Shown here: positions 20,679 through 30,904 of the stretch, piece after piece
Layout of the letters: each line of letters starts with the position of its first letter
Position numbering within the stretch: the stretch's first letter is position 1
Source of the DNA: Promethearchaeota archaeon
Lineage (GTDB): Archaea > Asgardarchaeota > Lokiarchaeia > Sigyniarchaeales > SOKP01
NCBI GenBank assembly: GCA_016840165.1
Contig: JAEOSU010000070.1
Span: forward strand, 72,620 to 136,619
DNA: 64,000 nt
Reading direction: 5' to 3'
Program-made: the position numbers and the translations under genes
The notes under the pieces: generated by a model
Databases searched by the model: none
Seen by the model: only the letters and a program-made list of their open reading frames with translations
What the model was told of the DNA's origin: nothing

Positions 20679-21901
20679 CGAAACGTTTTATAAAATGGCC
20701 AATTTTTCCATACGTATGAATAGAGTAATTCAATCCATAAAAACCAAAGAACAAATGGAGTTGGATTAATATTCCAATATTCATTTGGCTGACCACCAAC
20801 AGGATCACCCACGAGATATGGAGCAAAGAAATAATATCCGAAGAACATTAGAGTGCCTAATCCTATAACGAGCAAGAATCTAAAGATCAAATTTTTTGCT
20901 TGACTAAAACGTTTTGGCCAATTATCAAAAAATAAGGATACCATAACTATTGCTAAAATTAGAAAAATAGCATAAGATATCGACATAACATACCATCCTT
21001 TGAATTGAGTTAGCCCATAATCTAATTCAAGTTTAGGATCTCCACCAGCGGCAAGAAAGATTGGATCAAATACATATTGTATGATAAATGGGAAAACTAA
21101 AGATAAAATAAAACCTAATATTGCACAAACTAAAAAGCATAGGATCCCCATATATGGTTGTTTTCTTGCTAAAGTTTTCCAAGGCCAATATTCATATACA
21201 AGTTGAGTGAGTAAAGAGAAAAATATTACCCATTGAGTCCATCCAAGTGAATATGCATATTGTCTATATACCACTTCACCTGCATTAGTAGCAGTTGGAT
21301 TACCAGCAGGCAAGAATAATATAAGCCAAACAATTAGACCTACAATAGTGCCTATTATCCATACAATAATGCCCCTTTTAGGTTGTTTGATTTTAAAAAA
21401 CGGCCAATACATTGTTCCCGCTACAAATAGTACACCAAATGAAAATGTTGAGCCGCTTAGAGAACCAAATATAGAAGCTCCTATGTACCAGGAGAGAAAT
21501 TCATCAGGATTTTGGACAGAGGGCTCATAAAAACTATTAAATAATGGTAATAGTATATAGGTAAAAAGTAATGCAATAGCAATATTTATAAGAGTACCCA
21601 CCAACCCAATTTGCCAGGGTTTTTTAAATTTTCCATAATATGGCCAATTTTCAAACCATATTGCCCATACAACTCCAACTAATCCAAATCCTCCTATTAA
21701 TGATGCATAATGAACCAGATCTGGACCATATATTCGTGGATCAAAAAATAGATACCAAGTTCCTAAACTAATGAAAAAAACTACAATTAACGCTAAAACT
21801 CCTGAAAATGGTTGCTTAAAACGCGGCATAAATATAAGGGGTTGTTCTTCAGCAGAGGGCAGTCCACGAAGTTCTTTAGTGTTTGTATTTTTACTTTTCA
21901 A
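20675..21901 (-). CDS. Multi-pass membrane protein with repeated WP motifs (putative transporter)
   Basis: About 10-11 TM; repeats FENWP/MYWP/YEYWP/FDNWP/KNWP; overlaps acyl-CoA ligase start. Confidence 0.65.
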   Translation of the reverse strand: MKSKNTNTKELRGLPSAEEQPLIFMPRFKQPFSGVLALIVVFFISLGTWYLFFDPRIYGPDLVHYASLIGGFGLVGVVWAIWFENWPYYGKFKKPWQIGLVGTLINIAIALLFTYILLPLFNSFYEPSVQNPDEFLSWYIGASIFGSLSGSTFSFGVLFVAGTMYWPFFKIKQPKRGIIVWIIGTIVGLIVWLILFLPAGNPTATNAGEVVYRQYAYSLGWTQWVIFFSLLTQLVYEYWPWKTLARKQPYMGILCFLVCAILGFILSLVFPFIIQYVFDPIFLAAGGDPKLELDYGLTQFKGWYVMSISYAIFLILAIVMVSLFFDNWPKRFSQAKNLIFRFLLVIGLGTLMFFGYYFFAPYLVGDPVGGQPNEYWNINPTPFVLWFLWIELLYSYVWKNWPFYKTFR

Positions 21902-22127
21902 GATTTTTCCTCTTTAAAATTTTTGTTTTTAAAATATAGTATCATACTTAGTAACAAATATATTTACTCATTTTTTCTTAAAAAGATTTTGTTCAAAAAC
22001 ATTTGTTAACAGAAGACTAATTTAGAAAATCCTAGTTAACCAAATATTATGTATAAAAAGATTAAATAGAAAAAAATTAATAGAAATTAGATATTGAATT
22101 AGCCTATTTATAAAATTCCTGTCTCAT

Positions 22128-22985
22128 CTAAAGCTTAAGAAGCTTTTTCGCATTATCATAAAGGATTTTTTGTTTAAATCCATCAGAAATGGGTAATTCT
22201 CTTACTGCAGGGATTATTTCATTCCAATGGATAAGAGGATGATCCGACGCGAATAAGACCCTGTCTTCCAGAGTGTAATTAGAATATGCGTCAAAAGGGA
22301 ACCAGGGATATAATTTGGCATATGCAGAAATGTCAATATAGACGTTAGCATTCCTTTCTACCACTGACCATGCATCCCACATCCACGGAACCCCCATATG
22401 TCCCATAATAATGATTAATTCCGGAAATCTTATTGCCAATTCATCCACGAGTAAAGGATGACCGTATTTGGTTATAGGATTAATAATACTTTTTAATTGA
22501 GAGGTATGTGTCCAAAGAGGGATATTAAGATCAATCATTTTTTCCCAAATAGGATTATATTTTGTATCAGAGATATCAAATTTTTGTCCCGGAGGTAAAA
22601 CTTTTACTCCTTTGAGATCTAATGACTCAATCGCATACTCAAGCTGATTTAACGCATCTGGAGCAGGGATATCAATACAAGCATATCCAATGAACCTGTT
22701 AGGATATTGAGCTACAAAATCTGCAAGATCATCATTAGTTACAACACAAACACCATAGGCAGTAGTAAGGTTATACGATACAATAACCGCCTTTTCAATA
22801 TCCCATTTATCCATTTGCTCAATATAATCCTTAATCGAGACTTTAGTACGTAAGACATCGAAAAACTTTTCCATCGCACGTCTTCCTCTCTTATTCTCAC
22901 CTAAGAGGGAACGCGCAACAAATTCAACATCTTCACCCCAATTTGCTTCTTTACAAAAAGGATGAATATGTATGTCAATAATCAA
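22128..22985 (-). CDS. Amidohydrolase_2 family metal-dependent hydrolase
   Basis: IDIHIH, LKGVK, WTHT, GHMG, FASDHP. Confidence 0.85.
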   Translation of the reverse strand: MIIDIHIHPFCKEANWGEDVEFVARSLLGENKRGRRAMEKFFDVLRTKVSIKDYIEQMDKWDIEKAVIVSYNLTTAYGVCVVTNDDLADFVAQYPNRFIGYACIDIPAPDALNQLEYAIESLDLKGVKVLPPGQKFDISDTKYNPIWEKMIDLNIPLWTHTSQLKSIINPITKYGHPLLVDELAIRFPELIIIMGHMGVPWMWDAWSVVERNANVYIDISAYAKLYPWFPFDAYSNYTLEDRVLFASDHPLIHWNEIIPAVRELPISDGFKQKILYDNAKKLLKL

Positions 22986-23046
22986 TTTAATCCCTAAATA
23001 AGAAAATATGATAAACTAACTAATTTAAGTACTCAAATTGGGAACG

Positions 23047-24378
23047 CTATAAAAAATTATCGATTGTTCGTTGAGTCTTTATGAAATTAATAATTTTACT
23101 ACTCTTTTTCCAATACTTTAAATCCACCATAAATCCTTTTGCCATATTAAAAACCGCATCATCGAAATTATCAAGAATCTTTGGTTGCGTGGCATTCATT
23201 GCATTTTTAACCGTTTCTCGTATAACCCAGACTCCTAAGGGAACCACATAGCCACCTCTTACCTCTCGAAAGATTAATACTCGTGCTTGACGCCCAATTC
23301 TATAAAGATACTCACAAACTTCCTTCCGAGCAGCATAATACGCACCAGTGATATTACTTGCATACTTTTTTCGGCCTGGATAAAATTCATAATCAGTCAT
23401 TATTTGAGGTTTAAGATCTCTATTGTTTCCTGAAAGCGAAATATTCCATAAGGTATTTGGTGCCCAAACCTCATTCATTTCATATAAAAACTTGCCAGGA
23501 AAAAGAAGAATTTTGAAATGATTGTCAAGATAACTGCTCTGGAAGATCTGATATTCATTAATTTCGGGAAATGTTTTAATTTCTTTTATTAACGCTTTTG
23601 AGATAATATCATCCACTGCTGTAATACTCCATCGTGTAGGAACTAATCTTCTGTTCTCCTTTTTACCAAGAAGACCAGCAGAAAAGACACGCTTAATCGT
23701 GGATTGGGGCACATTTCCTTTAAAAAAAAGATATTCTGACACCGCATCTGAAGCCTTTAAATCTGTATCCGACACACAATATTCTACCTTTGGATGGACT
23801 TTTACATTCTCTGTAATCCTAATACTTTTAGTAATCCCAGAGGGACCTAGTGGAGGAGCGTGATTGTCTAACATTAATCGAAGATTCATTTTATCCAATT
23901 TTGTTTCCGTATCAACAGGTTGAGATGCCATTGCTAATTGTTGGGAAGAATCCAATAATTTTTCTACTTCGAGTGATGGTGTGGTTTTTCTACCGATTTT
24001 ACCTATTTGAACATCTGTTCTAAAGTTGTTCCGGACTAAACTACTCCTGTATTTGACCACCTCGACCATCTCCTTACCAAACCACAATTCCGGGGCATCA
24101 AGGATATAATTATCAGAAATATCAAGATCTAATTTGAAATCTTGAAAAGGAACAAGTGGGCCAATCTGCACTTTAGGATAATTGAAATGCCCAACAAAGA
24201 ACCCGGGTGGACTTGCACCAAAAATTTCGACATTTCTTTTGGTTTTTTCAAACTCAAATGGAACAAGCGACTTTAACACTGATCTCTTAAGTAATATGGG
24301 ACAAGTACGTTTCCCACATAGGAGACGGGAACCCTTGCATTTCAAGCATATATTCTTTTCAGTAGGAGGTCGAACCAA
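23047..24378 (-). CDS. nreA: Nre family archaeal DNA repair protein
   Basis: CLKCKG.RLLCG...CP N-terminus, LVPTRWSITAVDD, GAYYAAR, C-terminal PIP box QRTIDNF. Confidence 0.9.
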   Translation of the reverse strand: MVRPPTEKNICLKCKGSRLLCGKRTCPILLKRSVLKSLVPFEFEKTKRNVEIFGASPPGFFVGHFNYPKVQIGPLVPFQDFKLDLDISDNYILDAPELWFGKEMVEVVKYRSSLVRNNFRTDVQIGKIGRKTTPSLEVEKLLDSSQQLAMASQPVDTETKLDKMNLRLMLDNHAPPLGPSGITKSIRITENVKVHPKVEYCVSDTDLKASDAVSEYLFFKGNVPQSTIKRVFSAGLLGKKENRRLVPTRWSITAVDDIISKALIKEIKTFPEINEYQIFQSSYLDNHFKILLFPGKFLYEMNEVWAPNTLWNISLSGNNRDLKPQIMTDYEFYPGRKKYASNITGAYYAARKEVCEYLYRIGRQARVLIFREVRGGYVVPLGVWVIRETVKNAMNATQPKILDNFDDAVFNMAKGFMVDLKYWKKSSKIINFIKTQRTIDNFL

Positions 24379-24505
24379 TTTTAGATGCCTATTTATGAAT
24401 TTATATGAATTTTATATAGATATCAACTTTAAAAAAGGATGAGCTGCTTAAATTTTTAATAATTATAAAAAATACAAATAATCAAGATAAAAAAGAAAGA
24501 GACCT

Positions 24506-25303
24506 TTGCCTAAAATAAGCTTAAATGATATTGAAATATATTATGAAATTCATGGAGAGGGATTTCCCATTGTCATGATACAGGGATTATCCGCAAATAC
24601 AGATTGGTGGACAAAAGAACTATTAGAAAGCCTAGGAGAAGACTTTAAACTAATAATTTTTGATAATCGAGGAGCGGGTAAAACTCAAAATATAGATCGA
24701 AATTTTTCAATAAAAATGCTTGCAGATGATACTTTAGCTCTGATGGATGCATTGAAAATTAATCGTTTTCATGTTTTCGGAGTTTCAATGGGAGGAATGA
24801 TCGCACAAGAATTAGTAATTAATTATCCCAAGAAAGTAGAAAAGCTAATTCTCGGTTGTACCCACTGTGGAGGTTCGAAACAGATTTTACCATCACAAGA
24901 AGTTATTTATATTCTAAATCGAGATCATAAGAAGATTACACCCGAAAAATTGATTGATGGCACCATACCGCTTCTTTTTACTGAAGATTTCATTAAAAAT
25001 GATCCTGAATTTATTGAATCCTATAGACAAAAATTACTTAAATCTCCAATGTCATCTAAATCTTTTCATCGACAGATTAATGCTATTTCGAGGGTTAATA
25101 ATTATTTGAAATTAGAAAATATTACATGTCCTACTCTAATAATTCATGGGAAGAAAGATGTACTTGTACCTTATGAAAATGCAGAGATCTTAAACAAAAG
25201 AATAAAAAATTCAAAATTATTTCTACTGGATAAAGCCGCGCATTCCTTTTTTCAGCCTAAGCCCGAAATAGTCATAAATGAAATTAAAGATTTTTTAAAA
25301 TAG
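24506..25303 (+). CDS. Alpha/beta fold hydrolase
   Basis: FDNRGAG, GVSMGG, HGKKD, AAH. Confidence 0.9.
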   Translation: MPKISLNDIEIYYEIHGEGFPIVMIQGLSANTDWWTKELLESLGEDFKLIIFDNRGAGKTQNIDRNFSIKMLADDTLALMDALKINRFHVFGVSMGGMIAQELVINYPKKVEKLILGCTHCGGSKQILPSQEVIYILNRDHKKITPEKLIDGTIPLLFTEDFIKNDPEFIESYRQKLLKSPMSSKSFHRQINAISRVNNYLKLENITCPTLIIHGKKDVLVPYENAEILNKRIKNSKLFLLDKAAHSFFQPKPEIVINEIKDFLK

Positions 25304-25379
25304 CATACTTAGCTAAATCTAATTTGCAATTATCCTAATTCTTTTCTGAAGAAAGCAAAAATAAGAAAGAAAAATGCTT

Positions 25380-25979
25380 CTAGTTTATAAATTTTTTAAG
25401 AGGAGGTAAAGATTTTATAAAATCTGTATTCTCTACGGGATTATTGGCAATATTAAGTGTTTCGATATTAATTAATTGAGTGATATTATCAAAATTTTTA
25501 ATCTGATTATTTGAGAGATTTAAAAATTTTAAATTTTCCAATTTTTCCAACCCATCAAACTCTTCAATCAGATTATTACTCAAGTCTAGAAACTCTAGAT
25601 TTTTTAATTTCTCTAAGCCTTCTATCTTATTGATTTGATTATTATTTAATAACAATGTTTTTAGATTGGTAAGATGATCCAAACCCTTGATCTCAGAAAT
25701 TTGGTTTCCTCCGAGTTCAAGTTCTTCCAAATCCTTTAATGCATCCAAGTTTTGGATCTCTGTGATCTTATTAGCTTCCAAATGAAGCTTTTTTAAATTA
25801 ACTAAATGATCAAGCTTTTCGATGGTCTCAATATTATTTTTTTCAGCATAAATTTCCTGTAAATGAGGATTTTTTTTCAACCTTTTAATATCTGAGATTT
25901 TATCAAGATTAAAGCTTTCTAAATACAAATTACCATTACTAATATAAACCCGTTTATTGTGAACTTTTACATAATCCAT
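25380..25979 (-). CDS. SDS22-like leucine-rich repeat protein
   Basis: About 7 tandem 22-aa LxxLxLxxNxIxxIxxL repeats. Confidence 0.9.
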   Translation of the reverse strand: MDYVKVHNKRVYISNGNLYLESFNLDKISDIKRLKKNPHLQEIYAEKNNIETIEKLDHLVNLKKLHLEANKITEIQNLDALKDLEELELGGNQISEIKGLDHLTNLKTLLLNNNQINKIEGLEKLKNLEFLDLSNNLIEEFDGLEKLENLKFLNLSNNQIKNFDNITQLINIETLNIANNPVENTDFIKSLPPLKKFIN

Positions 25980-26164
25980 ATTATTTAGATAGATAAACCT
26001 ATATTTAGCAACATCCTATTTGATTTATAAAAAAATCTTAATATTCAATTATATTTTAGAAGTTTTTTAATATTTAATCTATTTCTTGGTATTTCTCTTA
26101 TTTTTAAGAATCTCTGGACTCCTCTGTGGATTAATTTTAAGAGAGTTATATTTTTTTTTTAATT

Positions 26165-26755
26165 TTAATTTTTCCTACATAATAATTCTCCCTTTCCTAT
26201 AGGGACAATCATACTATCTACACGAGAATCTTTTAACGCTTTATCTATCATTGGTTTTAGTGTTTCATAGTGATTAATTGCATTATCTGCAACAAGTAAT
26301 CCCCCACGATTCATTTTAGGTATTACTAAATCATAACATTCTTCATAGATTTCTTTTTCAGCATCTAAAAAACAAAAGGAGATATTTTTATAATTTTTTA
26401 AAAATTTTATCACATCTCCTTCAATTAGCTCTATTATTTCTTCCATCTTAGTAAATTTTATTGTTTCTTTTGCTAATTTTATTTTACTCTCTAGTATTTC
26501 ATGAGTTTTTAATTTAACCCCATGAATTTGACATGCTAAAGCAATCCATAACGATGAATATCCTGCACTAGTTCCTATCTCGATAAATTCTCCTTTAGGT
26601 GCACTAGCTGCTAATAATGAAAGAAATTTTCCAGTTTCTGGAGGAATTTGACGCAGACGTTGCATTCTCGGAGTCCCATCCTCTCGATCTCGAGAATCAA
26701 TATTTTCTAAGAAATGCATCCTTTTTTTAACAAGTTCAGGGATATTATGAAACAT
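26165..26755 (-). CDS. SAM-dependent O-methyltransferase (COMT/CCoAOMT family)
   Basis: [23 protein letters not shown]. Confidence 0.9.
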   Translation of the reverse strand: MFHNIPELVKKRMHFLENIDSRDREDGTPRMQRLRQIPPETGKFLSLLAASAPKGEFIEIGTSAGYSSLWIALACQIHGVKLKTHEILESKIKLAKETIKFTKMEEIIELIEGDVIKFLKNYKNISFCFLDAEKEIYEECYDLVIPKMNRGGLLVADNAINHYETLKPMIDKALKDSRVDSMIVPIGKGELLCRKN

Positions 26756-26875
26756 AATTAAGATTTAATTAATTTATTATGATTTATTATTCTAACTAAT
26801 CACCTAACTATAATCACTTCATACTTCAAAAAACGTAATGAATAAGGTGATTAAATATTTTTGAATATAACTTTC

Positions 26876-27538
26876 TCATGTTTGAGAAAGGGATGGTTTT
26901 ATTTTTTCCCGTTCTGATAACTTTAAAGAAAGTTGTTTTTTTGAATCTGATAACTTTATTTGGATTTCTTTTAAATCTACATTTTTTTTTAAAACTTTCT
27001 GTTCTGATTTGCTAAGAACCTTTTGTTGAGAAAGATACGATTCTTTAGCTGTCGCTTTCTTCTCCTCATTCTCCTCATTTCTAACTTTTTGAATATAGAA
27101 TAATTGTTTTTTTCCTAATTTTTCTCTCTCCTTTGCAGTTTCGATCTTTTCCTCTATAAGTTTTTTATTTTCTTCTGCTAATTTTTTTTCAATCTTAGCA
27201 ATATTTTTATGAATTTCCGCTATTTCTATTTGAACATTTGCTACTTTTTCATTATAATATGCTAACTCTTCTTCAATTTCTAAACCTTTATCTGAATATT
27301 CTAGTAGCTCTTTGACTGCTTTTTTATTTTTAATCAAGTTCCTTGTTTTCTCAGTTAATTCTTTCTTAGATTTTGCTATTTCTATGCCTTTTTGTGCTAA
27401 GTTTTCTCTTGCCTTAGCTTTTTTAATTTGAAGTTTTGCTATCTTTCTAGATTTAATAGCAATTTCTTTTTCATTTCTCGCGATCTCTAAATTTTTATTA
27501 GCACTTCTCATTAAACTTTCAATCTCCTCCATTAACAA
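26876..27538 (-). CDS. Coiled-coil protein
   Basis: K/E-rich heptads throughout; GAGGTGA SD. Confidence 0.65.
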   Translation of the reverse strand: MLMEEIESLMRSANKNLEIARNEKEIAIKSRKIAKLQIKKAKARENLAQKGIEIAKSKKELTEKTRNLIKNKKAVKELLEYSDKGLEIEEELAYYNEKVANVQIEIAEIHKNIAKIEKKLAEENKKLIEEKIETAKEREKLGKKQLFYIQKVRNEENEEKKATAKESYLSQQKVLSKSEQKVLKKNVDLKEIQIKLSDSKKQLSLKLSEREKIKPSLSQT

Positions 27539-27664
27539 TCACCTCTGATCAATAGATTATTTGATTTTCTATAAGATATATATGTTATGTTTAATTAAAT
27601 TCTGATCAATTTTACTCAAAATCAAATTATAAAAAATGAAAAAAATTAAGTAATCAAATAAGAG

Positions 27665-28111
27665 GTGAGAATTATTTTATTACAACTAAGCGAACCATTA
27701 TTATTCACTCTTTGGGTTATTATTGCCGCGGTTATTATGGCTTTAATACTCTTTTTAGCAGTGTTTCTCGTCGTCTCAAAAGAAAAAGCATTGGATAAGA
27801 AATTCTTAATTATAATTTTGGCTATAATTGTTGTTGTGATAATTCCATTCATTAGGCAAGTAGTTATACTATTACTAACTGCTACCGGTGATTTATTAGC
27901 TGCAATAAGAAACTTTATAGACGGAGGCGGATTTAATTATTTGTTATCTTTAGTTCCAATAATTGGATTTATAATGCTTCTACTCTTGGTAAAATATCTC
28001 TTAGATATACCTTGGGATAAAGCTGCTGGAGTTGCTTTGATAACACTAATAATATTGTATATAATATACTCAGTCATACCAGAATTATATCTATTTCTTG
28101 AAGTAGGATGA
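27665..28111 (+). CDS. Four-TM membrane protein
   Basis: Hydrophobic 148-aa ORF; the called GTG lies inside the SD GAGGTGA, so the true start may be ATT 27671/27674. Confidence 0.65.
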   Translation: MRIILLQLSEPLLFTLWVIIAAVIMALILFLAVFLVVSKEKALDKKFLIIILAIIVVVIIPFIRQVVILLLTATGDLLAAIRNFIDGGGFNYLLSLVPIIGFIMLLLLVKYLLDIPWDKAAGVALITLIILYIIYSVIPELYLFLEVG

Positions 28112-28223
28112 AATCAATTAGATTATATCAATTCTAATTCTTTTTTTTTTATATTTAACAGGAAAGTTATTTGATACCGAATAATAAATGAATTAAAAAA
28201 AAAAGGAATTATTTATCAGAATT

Positions 28224-28775
28224 CTATTTTTTATTTAACACCGAATACATTACTCTTGCTAAGCCATTAAAAAGTAGAGAGAGCGAAAGTAAAATTACTA
28301 AAACGAAATAACCAAAAGTAGGAAAGAAAAGCATTATGAAGGCAAATACAAAAGTTACTATTCCAACTAATACAAGTAAATATCGGTATTGCATAGTATA
28401 TTTCTCTACTAAAAGACCTATAGCTATTCTAGCACATCCGATTATAATGAAACTATAGCCAAATAGATTTATCAATATTAATATTGATATACTTGGATTT
28501 ATTAAAGTTAATATCAAAATAGAGAGACTTATTACTATTGCTAATAGACCAACTAAGAACTTTATTATTTTAGCGATTTTATTTAGTTTTTCATTAGCAA
28601 AGGAGTTATAAAGTCTTCCAATCCCTGCAAAAAGAAGAGCAATTGACAATAAGATCATTAAAGATAATAAAGCGGCACTAGAGAATATAATCACTAATAT
28701 CGATAAAAAAATTATGATTAATCCAATTATTATATTGAATCTGATTAATAAGTTTTCTTTTTCCATCAAAATCAA
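28224..28775 (-). CDS. HdeD/DUF308 family membrane protein
   Basis: Six TM with repeated L..G..RI/L units. Confidence 0.7.
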   Translation of the reverse strand: MILMEKENLLIRFNIIIGLIIIFLSILVIIFSSAALLSLMILLSIALLFAGIGRLYNSFANEKLNKIAKIIKFLVGLLAIVISLSILILTLINPSISILILINLFGYSFIIIGCARIAIGLLVEKYTMQYRYLLVLVGIVTFVFAFIMLFFPTFGYFVLVILLSLSLLFNGLARVMYSVLNKK

Positions 28776-28985
28776 TTCATTATAAAAATTTTGTAAATTT
28801 CTTTAAGTAACTTTAATTTAAATTCTTTTTTAGTAATGAAATGAACTTTTTCAATATTAATAATCCTACTATTATTAGGGAGATTTCTTTTAGATTTTAA
28901 ACCAATTTGATTTCCTTATATATAATATTTATTATAAAAGAAAGAAATATATACTAAAGAAAAAGAATGTAATTGATAGTTTAAA

Positions 28986-29633
28986 ATGAGCATTGATTCT
29001 ATAACTGTATATTTGAATTTAATAATCTCCTCAGCTGTCCTAATTTTTATAGTTTGGGATCATCTCAAGGATGATCGTCTATTGACAAGACAAATCCAAG
29101 AATTCTATTCTGATATTGAGATGCAAATTTATAGTTTTATACAAATAATGTACTATAGCGCAATTGAAAATAAAGAAATAGAGATTAATGATCAAAAAGC
29201 TCTGAATAGGACTCGGAATCGTGATATAATTCAGAATTCGTACTTAAAAACTAAAATACTTCAAAATTTTAATAAATATTCCTTCTATCTTGGTTTAACT
29301 ATAAGTAAGGAAGAAAAATTATATCTTAATAATACAATTTATGTTCTTACTTTTGATGGATTACTTAAAAAAAGGAATTTTGAGAACAATTCTTTAGAAG
29401 ATGTCATAACCTCATATATAGATATTACAAATGAAGAAATCTCTGATATATTTAAGTTTTTAAATAGTTTAAGATTCTATTGGAATAAAAATTATAAGAA
29501 ACTTATTTTCAGAACTCGTTTAAATCAAAAAATAGATTTTTATGAGTTGTTAGGCGTATCTAAACCTTTGGAGAAAAAGAAAGGTAGATTGGCTAAAATT
29601 AAATTTAGAGAAAAACAGAATAAATCAAATTAA
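28986..29633 (+). CDS. Hypothetical protein with N-terminal TM anchor
   Basis: 215-aa ORF. Confidence 0.6.
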   Translation: MSIDSITVYLNLIISSAVLIFIVWDHLKDDRLLTRQIQEFYSDIEMQIYSFIQIMYYSAIENKEIEINDQKALNRTRNRDIIQNSYLKTKILQNFNKYSFYLGLTISKEEKLYLNNTIYVLTFDGLLKKRNFENNSLEDVITSYIDITNEEISDIFKFLNSLRFYWNKNYKKLIFRTRLNQKIDFYELLGVSKPLEKKKGRLAKIKFREKQNKSN

Positions 29634-29785
29634 GCTAGCTTAATAATGGTATAATCAAGTCCATAATATTTCGCTAGATAAATCAGTATTTAGTAAGATC
29701 CTATTTGAATTATTAGAAAATAAGTTTATCCTAGTATCTTTTAGAAAATCATAGTAGTAGAAACTTTTAATAAAAAGTACAGACT

Positions 29786-30904
29786 CTAAGTTTGCGATAA
29801 TAGTTCAATAAGTGCGCGGGGTATTTCCTTGAAATTACTAACCGCATAAAATTTTCCACGACCAGCATCCGCTAGCTCCTTACAGGTATCGATCCCTCTA
29901 TCGGCATCATTTTCAGCAGGCATCCCAATTACATGTAATTTTGGATATTTTTTTGCTAAATCTATCGGATCATCTCCACGATTATAATTTCCATCAGATA
30001 TTAGGATCCCAAATTTATTTCGGGTTTTCTCTTTTACTTTGTTCAATTCAGTTAATCCCTTTTCTAACCCTATTGAAATATCAGTAAAGCCAACTGCCTC
30101 TGAATCTAAAATTTCATCGATTATTGAGAATACTGGTTTTTTTTCGTCTATTTTTTTCAAAACCATAGCAATGGAATTAAATAGCACAATGGCATAATCT
30201 TCTTTTTCCATATTATATGCTAAAACTGAAGTGGTGAGTGCAGCATTCAATAAAAGTCTGCCATACATACTTCCACTTGTGTCTAGAATTAAGGCAATTT
30301 TTCTTTTCTGCCGTTTTCTTTTGATACCATAAATATCATTATAACTTAGAGTCTTATTGTAGACTTTTAAAGGATTATGCTGGATGGTCTCATCTAAATC
30401 AAATTCAGGCATTCCGATTTGATAATAGGGAACAGTTTTTTTATAATCACCCCTAATTCCTTTACTTGTAATTTTTAACGAGGTTCGAAGGATACTTTGC
30501 CTTGCTAATCGGCGGAATATATATCTATATTTTTCGGATATTGGACGACGAATAAAGAAGTAAACCTCAGCCATCGATGCTGCAGAATTTTTAGCTTTTT
30601 CCGAGAAAAACTTAACTCCTTCATCACAGTCTAAAGCATCGGTAGCAGCATAGACATTTGATTTAAGTAAGCCCATTATAGCTTCAAGATTTTTGTATTG
30701 GATGGAAAGATAGGTCAATTCCTTTATTTGCTTATAATCTAAAGTATTAGCTAAATGATAATAATAACCAGGCTTTTTCTTCTTTTTCCTTATGATTTCA
30801 TATCGCAATATCTCATTATCTGGAATTCGTTCCGTGAGTCTTACGTGTAGTCGTTTTTTCTCATCTTCTTCTGACTCCTCTGAAGAAAAATCATCGATTA
30901 TTGA
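29786..30904 (-). CDS. VWA (von Willebrand A) domain protein; 5' end uncertain (frameshift fusion with MoxR, or ATA start at 30901)
   Basis: MIDAS DTSGS, GFTDI, ISDG; frame open past the called TTG 30808 up to the MoxR stop, encoding an acidic linker DDFSSEESEEDEKK. Confidence 0.8.
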   Translation of the reverse strand, partial: SIIDDFSSEESEEDEKKRLHVRLTERIPDNEILRYEIIRKKKKKPGYYYHLANTLDYKQIKELTYLSIQYKNLEAIMGLLKSNVYAATDALDCDEGVKFFSEKAKNSAASMAEVYFFIRRPISEKYRYIFRRLARQSILRTSLKITSKGIRGDYKKTVPYYQIGMPEFDLDETIQHNPLKVYNKTLSYNDIYGIKRKRQKRKIALILDTSGSMYGRLLLNAALTTSVLAYNMEKEDYAIVLFNSIAMVLKKIDEKKPVFSIIDEILDSEAVGFTDISIGLEKGLTELNKVKEKTRNKFGILISDGNYNRGDDPIDLAKKYPKLHVIGMPAENDADRGIDTCKELADAGRGKFYAVSNFKEIPRALIELLSQT

